Shown: positions 19,922 to 27,002 of the stretch, one piece after another
Position numbering within the stretch: the stretch's first letter is position 1
Layout: the number at the start of each line of letters is the position of its first letter
Source: Bdellovibrionales bacterium
GTDB lineage: Bacteria; Bdellovibrionota; Bdellovibrionia; Bdellovibrionales; UBA1609
Direction: 5' to 3'
Assembly: GCA_050250515.1 (NCBI GenBank)
Contig: JBFWON010000004.1
Span: forward strand, 3,248-67,247
Length of the DNA stretch: 64,000 nucleotides
Notes under the pieces: generated by a model
What the model saw: the letters and a program-made list of their open reading frames with translations, nothing else
Told to the model about the DNA's origin: nothing
Databases searched by the model: none
Made by a program: the position numbers and the translations under genes

Positions 19922-19947
19922 GGCGCCTCAAAGGCGCCTGGTTTTTT
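19922..19947 (+). terminator. Rho-independent terminator
   Basis: ggcgcct-caa-aggcgcc stem followed by tggtttttt, downstream of the PRPP synthetase-like gene. Confidence 0.7.
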
Positions 19948-19994
19948 GCCGGCGACCTCAGGTCCAATTCGTTTCACTTGGCTCAAGCTTCTTT

Positions 19995-20010
19995 TGGCAC
20001 AAGGCCTGCT
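19995..20010 (+). promoter_or_regulatory. Putative sigma54 -24/-12 promoter for the 20058-28046 unit
   Basis: TGGCAC-AAGGC-CTGCT, GG-N10-GC. Confidence 0.6.
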
Positions 20011-20057
20011 TTATCTCTCCTCGTCCATAAAACTTTAAGAATTTGAGAGGTCGACCC

Positions 20058-21023
20058 ATGCAGCGCCCGGTTTGTCTTTGCCTTGCCCTCGCCATTGGAC
20101 TGTCTACGGCTCCCGCCTTCGCGGCCCGAGCCAAAAAACCCAAGGCACCGCCGGCCCAGCCGATCGCTCAAGACGTCTGTGAGCCCGCCCTTGCGACGGC
20201 TGCCACAAGCAACGGGGCGCCGTCTGAGGTTTCGCTGATCGCGGACTCAGTTGATCGTATGGCGAACTTCAAAAAACTATTCGGCACCTCAAAACCCATC
20301 ATCGCTATGGTTCACCTAGCTGGCAAAGACACTTGGGACATTTTAAAGCGAGTTGAAGAAGAATTAGATATTTTTGTCCGCCAGGGCGTCGAAGCAGTGA
20401 TTGTGGAAAACTATCACAGCAAAGACGTGAACGTCATGCACCTGGCTCTCCACCTTTTCGTCAAACGCTACCCACAATTGGTCTTTGGCGTAAATGTTCT
20501 CCCCAACGAAATTGAAGTAGCCTACGAAATGGCGGCTGCCCATGGTGCCAAATTTATCCAATTTGACCACGTGGCTGGCACCTACATGGGATTTGGGTAC
20601 AGCGGCGCAACTCGAAAAGCCGACCGAAAAAAACTGGAAGAAATGCGAAAGAAGTATCCTCAAATCCAAATTCTGGGTGGGGTTCACCCCAAATACTACG
20701 ATCCCGTTCCTGGATCAGACCTCGGAAAAGATTTGCGTCGAGGTGTTCGCCGGTCTGACGCGATCGTGGTCACGGGTACGGGAACTGGCATCGCCACTCC
20801 TTTAGATAAGATCAAAATTTTTCGTCAAGAAATCGGAGCTAAGGTCCCTTTGGTGGTCGGAGCCGGCGTCGACATTCAAAATGTCCGAAGTCAACTAGCC
20901 ATAGCGGACGGAGTGATCATTGGAAGTTACTTCAAGGGAGGTGAAACCTTCAACAAGACTGACGAAGGTCTCGTAGCTGGTTTTATGAAAGTGGTGCGTG
21001 AAATCCGGGATCAAAATCCGTGA
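20058..21023 (+). CDS. BtpA/SgcQ family TIM-barrel protein with signal peptide
   Basis: KPIIAMVHL, VIVENY, GVNVL, DAIVVTGTGTG, ADGVIIGSYFK; signal ending APAFA. Confidence 0.85.
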   Translation: MQRPVCLCLALAIGLSTAPAFAARAKKPKAPPAQPIAQDVCEPALATAATSNGAPSEVSLIADSVDRMANFKKLFGTSKPIIAMVHLAGKDTWDILKRVEEELDIFVRQGVEAVIVENYHSKDVNVMHLALHLFVKRYPQLVFGVNVLPNEIEVAYEMAAAHGAKFIQFDHVAGTYMGFGYSGATRKADRKKLEEMRKKYPQIQILGGVHPKYYDPVPGSDLGKDLRRGVRRSDAIVVTGTGTGIATPLDKIKIFRQEIGAKVPLVVGAGVDIQNVRSQLAIADGVIIGSYFKGGETFNKTDEGLVAGFMKVVREIRDQNP

Positions 21024-22600
21024 CGATCTTACGCTCATTTCTTCTTGTCCTCGCTATGGTCACTGGTGTCGCCCACGGCGCCACGATTGCTCAGCTGTTA
21101 AAGCAAGAGGAGCGACCGACTATTGAACAGGTCATGGAGATTTCGGAAGCGGATTTCATCAAACACTATGGAGCCGGCGCCTACACAACAGATCCCAAAA
21201 TGTCCGCCATGTTCAACGTCTTTAAAGCCATCCGTACGACAATCGACTCCGAGTATGTCGATTACGACGTTTTTATCCTAGGCCGTGACGGTGAGTCTTT
21301 GTTCGACGCTATGAGGGCTTCTCTAAAAGGGGCGGCCAAAGAGCGTGTTCATCTCGTTCAAATCAGTCGAAAGGTCGTCACGCAGAGTCTGCCTAACGAA
21401 ATCCTCGGCTATCTGGGGCTCAGTGGATTTAATATTGAAGCCCTAAGAACATCAAAGAAGAAAGCCCTTTTTATCGACACCGGATTCAAGGGTAGAATCT
21501 ATCGAAGTCTCTTGAACATATTTTTGACTCAACTCTATCAGAATGGGACATCCGATCACAGCAGTCTAAAAACTTTCCTATCCAACCTCGAATTCAGACT
21601 GATCGCCTCGGAGCAGCCCGCCGGATCCAGCTATCTGACGAGTCGTCAGTATGTCCTGAATGGACAATATGCCATTCAACACATGCTTCAGGTGGCGGGA
21701 CAACTTTACTTCCCCACGATTCCTGAAAAAGATCGGGAAAAGCATGGCCTTCCTGTTGGCCCTAAAGAGTCCTGGAAGTGGGTGGTCGATCACATGGAAC
21801 ACACCGCTAAGTGGACGGGACGCGCCCAGACGGTCTCTTCAACTGGTCAGGTCACCTATCAAGTAGAAGAAAAAGATAAACCGCTTCTCAACAAGCCGGA
21901 GTACCTACGGCGAATGGCCATCTTGGCGAATGAATTTGGTGTCCCAAAAAAGTCAAAGAAGTCCGATGGCAAGGCCGAGATCCGCACCTTTCATTTTCCC
22001 GATTTGGCTCTGATTGGTGAGACCTTATTAGAAGGCGATGTCATTCACATTTCCGGCACAACTTATCACGTACACGCCCACATAGACACTGGCAAGCGAG
22101 GCACAGTTTACAAAATCTCAAATGAGAAAGGCGATCTCTTTGCCCTGAAAGTGGCCAATGAACCCACTGAGGAATGCCTACAGTCCCTGCAGAAAGATGT
22201 TGTCAAATCCGGTCTGTATGCCGCTCTTGGCATCGGATACGCCGAAGTTGTGGCCCACGGCGAAGGTTTCGTGCTGAAGAAATTCATCGAGGGTCAAAGA
22301 GCCGATGAATGGGTTCAAGCCTGGATCGCCGGCGGAAAAAAACAAAACGACAAGGGGTTAAAGGCTCTACGTGCGTGGATCCAACACATCGCAGATCAAG
22401 GATACTATATCGGCGACCTCAACCGCAAAAACGCCATCTGGACCGGTTCTCAATGGGTCATTATCGATGGCGGAGAACCCCGCAGCGATTTGGGCCCCCA
22501 AAAAGCCGCCGAAAAGTTCAGGGAATCCATCAATCACCGCTGGCTCAAACATGTTGATGATGTCGAGTGTGAGTTGATTTTAGTGAAGGAGGCCGCATGA
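21020..22600 (+). CDS. Secreted PRTase-like domain + protein-kinase-like domain protein, family B copy 2
   Basis: FILGRDGE, LFIDTGFKGRI; kinase motifs GKRGTVY, ALKVA, GDLNRKN, IDGG; ends CELILVKEAA. Confidence 0.75.
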   Translation: MTILRSFLLVLAMVTGVAHGATIAQLLKQEERPTIEQVMEISEADFIKHYGAGAYTTDPKMSAMFNVFKAIRTTIDSEYVDYDVFILGRDGESLFDAMRASLKGAAKERVHLVQISRKVVTQSLPNEILGYLGLSGFNIEALRTSKKKALFIDTGFKGRIYRSLLNIFLTQLYQNGTSDHSSLKTFLSNLEFRLIASEQPAGSSYLTSRQYVLNGQYAIQHMLQVAGQLYFPTIPEKDREKHGLPVGPKESWKWVVDHMEHTAKWTGRAQTVSSTGQVTYQVEEKDKPLLNKPEYLRRMAILANEFGVPKKSKKSDGKAEIRTFHFPDLALIGETLLEGDVIHISGTTYHVHAHIDTGKRGTVYKISNEKGDLFALKVANEPTEECLQSLQKDVVKSGLYAALGIGYAEVVAHGEGFVLKKFIEGQRADEWVQAWIAGGKKQNDKGLKALRAWIQHIADQGYYIGDLNRKNAIWTGSQWVIIDGGEPRSDLGPQKAAEKFRESINHRWLKHVDDVECELILVKEAA

Positions 22601-24084
22601 CCCGCCTATTCGTAGTGCTCGGACTGGCCGCACTATCTTCTCAAACCGTTTTGGCCGGCGATAAACCTCATCGACCGAGCGCCTGTGAAGTGTACGCCAC
22701 GACTTCAAATCCCTACGTGCACGCTTCAAAACCTGGCGAAAAAATTCCCAAACATTGGCAGTATCTCTTTGGCGAGGACGAGACCTATCCCCGCTTTAAA
22801 ATTGACCGTGTCGACAAAAGCCAAGACATCGTCGCGCAAGAATCGAGTTCGGAGCACTGGATTGAAAAATCAGATCGCTTCAAAATTGATGAGTTAATGA
22901 AGGATTACAATTTGACTCGACTCGAAGCTGCCGAGGTACAGGCGCAGTACCGTCGCAAGCACAAATTGATCAGTTCCGACTTTGAATTCGAGGCTATTGT
23001 GAATCGAGTTCGGGCCGGCCACTATATGTCGGGTCTCAATCCCAAACAGCTGGCCAAGGCGCCGGCCGTCATTGTGCTCGACATTGATGGGACCTTGCTC
23101 GATCAGGACAGCTCGAAGTGGCATGACGATCTGACTAGTTTTTCCTTTCGATACAACGACAAACTCAAAGGCGTGAATGTCGCAATGGCGCCCGGTTGGG
23201 ATGATTTTCTAAGAAGAATCATGAAGCTCGATCTACCTATAGTTTTGTATTCACGTAATAGCGATTATTTGGTTCATGCTTTAGCCGATTTCATCAAACT
23301 TGATGGCAAGCCCATTTCTCAAGTGGTGTCAGGTATTTTGAGTTCAAGCCACATGGTCGACACCGGGTCTCTGGCCAAGGCCAGCGTCTTTGAACAGACA
23401 AGTTCGGCCTACAAATTTGTTCGCAAAGATTTGCGCCTGATTGGCAATCCCAACATGATTTTAGTCGATGACGATGCCACTTACATTCGAAGAGAAAATC
23501 GCTGGCAAATGCATCAGATTCCAAAATTTGATGTGGAAGACCTAGTGGAGCGGGCCCAAAAAGCCAATCGATCGTCTTTTTCTACTTTTGACAGGGACCG
23601 AGAGGAGCGTGACAAGGGCAAACACGGGCGCAAAAATAAGCGCCGAAAAGAAAAGAAGGATCGCGGATCCCTGATCTTAATGAAGGATTTTATTGAGGCA
23701 GAGAAAGCCGCCCATCGCGACGCCTTTGACCAAGCCGCGGCGGCGATTGAAGAATCCCTCGCGCTCGTGCACAGCCAAGGCCTTAGTCTGTTAGAGGCTC
23801 ACCTACCCTATTCCTATCCGATGCAGGAAGTGATTGAAGAGCTCCTCGACGACGAGCGCAGCGGCGATTTCCAAGATCTTCCCACCTTCAAAGATGAAAC
23901 TGAAGTTTTCAACTGGATAAGACAAAATCCTGAGCAAGCGCGGAATTTGGTCGGAAAAAAGAAGAAAAAGAAAGAATTCAAAAAGCACGACAGCTTTGGC
24001 CCCTTATTTCCTCCCTGGACCTACTTCGGATTAGGGTCCTATGGGAAAGACGATGATGGAGACAAAGGCGATGGCGGGAATTAA
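22597..24084 (+). CDS. Secreted HAD-superfamily phosphatase, family A copy 4
   Basis: ATGA-coupled; signal peptide; DIDGTLL, LYSRN, RKDLR, LVDDD. Confidence 0.8.
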   Translation: MTRLFVVLGLAALSSQTVLAGDKPHRPSACEVYATTSNPYVHASKPGEKIPKHWQYLFGEDETYPRFKIDRVDKSQDIVAQESSSEHWIEKSDRFKIDELMKDYNLTRLEAAEVQAQYRRKHKLISSDFEFEAIVNRVRAGHYMSGLNPKQLAKAPAVIVLDIDGTLLDQDSSKWHDDLTSFSFRYNDKLKGVNVAMAPGWDDFLRRIMKLDLPIVLYSRNSDYLVHALADFIKLDGKPISQVVSGILSSSHMVDTGSLAKASVFEQTSSAYKFVRKDLRLIGNPNMILVDDDATYIRRENRWQMHQIPKFDVEDLVERAQKANRSSFSTFDRDREERDKGKHGRKNKRRKEKKDRGSLILMKDFIEAEKAAHRDAFDQAAAAIEESLALVHSQGLSLLEAHLPYSYPMQEVIEELLDDERSGDFQDLPTFKDETEVFNWIRQNPEQARNLVGKKKKKKEFKKHDSFGPLFPPWTYFGLGSYGKDDDGDKGDGGN

Positions 24085-25933
24085 ACAGGCCCTTGTTTTT
24101 TTGATCCTATTCGTCAGCACCGCTCGGGCGACGGAGTTTTACTCTTCGCGCCCCGACGTCTTAACTCTTAAAGCCGAACAAGTCGGTGCAGAATCCGGCA
24201 TCGCCAGCTCCCATAAGGTTCGCCGTGGTTATATGGTGCTGCTCGCGCAACTTATGACCTTTTTCCCAGACTCCGAGTATTACTTTTTGGCCCGTGACAT
24301 TGAATACCTGTACGACACGGCTCGAGTTTTGTTTCGAAACCAGCCCGCCATGCTAAAGCGATTCCACGTGGTTCCAATCAGCACCGTTTTGTCAAAGTCT
24401 TCGGGCCTGAAAGAATATTTGACCTCCCATGGAGTGACGAAAGCCAAACTCAAAGGGCGGCCCGCCCTGTTTGTGGACTCCTGTTGCGCAGGCACGGTTC
24501 CCGACAACATTAAGGCAGTCCTCCATTACACCGGCGTAAAAGTCCAAGGCTTTTTAATTCAAAACACCAAATACCCGGAAAGCGCGTTGTTCGCCACAAT
24601 CGCGGCAACCGGAAGCGCCATTGAAAAACATCCGCACTATACTCTTTCAGGGACAGGATTTGTGGCCAAGACAGGTATGCCCTACGATGTCTCCACCAGT
24701 GGTCTAGATAAACCGACTCAATCCGTCGCTTTTATGAAATCCATTCGCCATGATTTTGACAACGCATCGGCTCGCAAAGAATTCGCTGATATTTTGAAAC
24801 AAATGCGGATTGTTTATGCTTATCTGACAAAATCGATGGGCATGCACACCGCCCAAGCGGCGAATGCCCTACTCAAGCTCAAGAAGGTGCACGATCTTCC
24901 TGCAGATGAATTGCTAAGTGACATGGTAAGTACGGAGCGTGAAGGCTATGCGTCCGTTGATTCCGCTCGAGTCGAGGCCCTTAAAGAAAAGGTCGCCGGG
25001 GGAATCTATGACCCCGCTATGAAAATGCCCGCGGTCGATACGATGAAAAGCGAATCATCACTTATTGTGAAGGACCTATACAAATACTCGAAGGAAGACC
25101 AGATTGCCATGTCCAAGAGTTCGATGGGTGATTTGGCTGACGACTCAATGGACGATCTGGCGCCAGATCTAGAGCAAGATTTCTCAGGCGGGGATCTCCA
25201 ATCCAAGTATAAGAAAGCCGTGCTGTTTTGGATGAAAGCCCTCGAGCCCTCGTGGATCGAAGCAGAAAAAAGTACTGGTCGCCATTTGATCGTCGCCTCC
25301 GAGCGCGCCGGAACTTTGCCTGAGGCCCTGGATCTCTTGTTCGGCATGATTCCCAATGACTCCTATCTTGAGACCAACGAGCCCCCGGCGATCGTGAAGG
25401 CGGTGGCCTCCAGCGTCACTAGAGCGGCCTCCCACTATCAGTTCACCTTAAGCAGCTCGACTCCCCTGCAAGAAATTTTGCGCCACGATCTGATGCGAAG
25501 CCACTACTTGGCGAAAAAACTGATCCGACAGATTTTGACGGAGGGCAATCCTAAGTATTTTGATCGCCTGGCCCGCACTATCATACAGTCCGCTCCTCAC
25601 CTCGTGGAAAACCCACGCGTATTGCGATGGATGAAGTCGGCGATCGAATCTATGGACAGCATTTCACCATTGCTGTTTCAAGCGATCTGGAACTCAAAAG
25701 ATCTGCCCAAGCATGAAAAGTACAATGGCTTCATTCGCTTCGTACTTTCACAAAAAAAGAAGTTTCAAGACAAGGTGATGAGCTTGGCAGTCTCCTCCAA
25801 GGATCAGGCCTTTCAGGCTTTTCATATGGAAGCCAAATCAGAAAAGATGAGCGTCAAAGAGTTGATCGAGTTGTGGAAAGACCATACAGAGAAAAAAGAC
25901 TGCGAAGAAGCCTTGCTTGAGGAGGCCGCATGA
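24071..25933 (+). CDS. Secreted PRTase-like domain protein with helical C-terminal extension, family C copy 2
   Basis: Start MAGIKQ gives a signal peptide; YYFLARDIEYL, FVDSCCAGTVP, EKHPHYT; ends CEEALLEEAA. Confidence 0.7.
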   Translation: MAGIKQALVFLILFVSTARATEFYSSRPDVLTLKAEQVGAESGIASSHKVRRGYMVLLAQLMTFFPDSEYYFLARDIEYLYDTARVLFRNQPAMLKRFHVVPISTVLSKSSGLKEYLTSHGVTKAKLKGRPALFVDSCCAGTVPDNIKAVLHYTGVKVQGFLIQNTKYPESALFATIAATGSAIEKHPHYTLSGTGFVAKTGMPYDVSTSGLDKPTQSVAFMKSIRHDFDNASARKEFADILKQMRIVYAYLTKSMGMHTAQAANALLKLKKVHDLPADELLSDMVSTEREGYASVDSARVEALKEKVAGGIYDPAMKMPAVDTMKSESSLIVKDLYKYSKEDQIAMSKSSMGDLADDSMDDLAPDLEQDFSGGDLQSKYKKAVLFWMKALEPSWIEAEKSTGRHLIVASERAGTLPEALDLLFGMIPNDSYLETNEPPAIVKAVASSVTRAASHYQFTLSSSTPLQEILRHDLMRSHYLAKKLIRQILTEGNPKYFDRLARTIIQSAPHLVENPRVLRWMKSAIESMDSISPLLFQAIWNSKDLPKHEKYNGFIRFVLSQKKKFQDKVMSLAVSSKDQAFQAFHMEAKSEKMSVKELIELWKDHTEKKDCEEALLEEAA

Positions 25934-26994
25934 TCCGATTCGTTTTGGCTCTTACACTCTTCTTCCATCTGGCTGCGCAGGCGCAAACCGAGGCCCCCAA
26001 GTATTACGATGAGCGCCCTGACGTTTTGACTGTGCAACCGGACCCCAACGGCAAGCGATACTTTCAGCAAGGTGGTTTCAACTACTCGTTGTATGAAAAA
26101 GCGGCGATGGCCTATGGCCCACTCTTAGCCGAGATCATGACTTTCTTTCCCGACGACGAGTATTATTTTTTAGCCCGTGACATTGAGTACCTTTACGACA
26201 CCGCTCGGGTCTTGTTTCAATTCGACGAAGTCACGTCCAAACGTTTTCATCTTTTACCAGTTGGACGCCTCAACGCGACTAGGGCAAACATAGATGAATA
26301 TCTGGCCCAAGAAGGTTTGACTCAAGCCAACCTACAAGGCCGGCAGGCCCTGGCCATTGATTCCTGTTGCTCTGGCAGTATCCCGAAGCACATTGCCGCC
26401 ACGGTGAGAAATCGCGGCGTTCAAGTCCGAGGCTTTTTAATCGAAACTGACGATTTCCCAAAAAGTACACTTTTCAAAAGTATGGCGCTGCGTGGTCGAC
26501 ACATCGAGGATTTTCCCCACTACACGGGGACCGCAAATGGATTTGAACGCGATGCGACCGGTCGCCTTCGGGTCACCACTGAGGGGGAGGAATTCCACCC
26601 TGCGGCTGCGAGCAAGTTGATGTTTGAAATTCGCAAACTCTATGAAAGCGCCGACGCCCGCCGAAGATTTCAAGATATGCGGGAGAAAATGACGACCGCG
26701 TATGAATACTTGAAAGGCGGGTCGAGGTCTCGCGCCGCTGCGATCCAGGCTCTCTTGAGTTTGCGGGACGAGCATAATCTACCGGCTCAAGCGTTTCTCG
26801 ACGATGCCTTCTTAACCAATAAAAGAAATCCACTCTATCTCGTCGATAAATCGCTTTATCAGGACCTCGCCACTTATCTCATGCAACATCCGAAAGAGGT
26901 CCCAGCACCACAGTCTGCCCCCCTGCAAGTCAGCGTTAGCATTTCGATTGGCAACGTCCAAGTTCACTCCTGTCAGGTCGCATTGACACAGTAG
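25930..26994 (+). CDS. Secreted PRTase-like domain protein, family C copy 3 (short)
   Basis: ATGA-coupled; YYFLARDIEYL, AIDSCCSGSIP, EDFPHYT; ends CQVALTQ. Confidence 0.7.
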   Translation: MIRFVLALTLFFHLAAQAQTEAPKYYDERPDVLTVQPDPNGKRYFQQGGFNYSLYEKAAMAYGPLLAEIMTFFPDDEYYFLARDIEYLYDTARVLFQFDEVTSKRFHLLPVGRLNATRANIDEYLAQEGLTQANLQGRQALAIDSCCSGSIPKHIAATVRNRGVQVRGFLIETDDFPKSTLFKSMALRGRHIEDFPHYTGTANGFERDATGRLRVTTEGEEFHPAAASKLMFEIRKLYESADARRRFQDMREKMTTAYEYLKGGSRSRAAAIQALLSLRDEHNLPAQAFLDDAFLTNKRNPLYLVDKSLYQDLATYLMQHPKEVPAPQSAPLQVSVSISIGNVQVHSCQVALTQ

Positions 26995-27002
26995 GAGTGA
27001 TT

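Noticed and set aside
11890-23975. Poly-Lys runs read as nuclear localisation signals implying a eukaryotic target
   Set aside because: Lys-rich linkers are common in secreted proteins of this window, and nothing else supports a eukaryotic host; kept only as a descriptive note.
15191-25933. Repeated C-terminal EAA* in three cluster proteins, resembling an ssrA/ClpXP degradation tag
   Set aside because: In each case the codons are an embedded Shine-Dalgarno plus ATGA overlap (GGA(A/G)GCCGCATGA) for the next gene, which explains the residues without a proteolytic signal.
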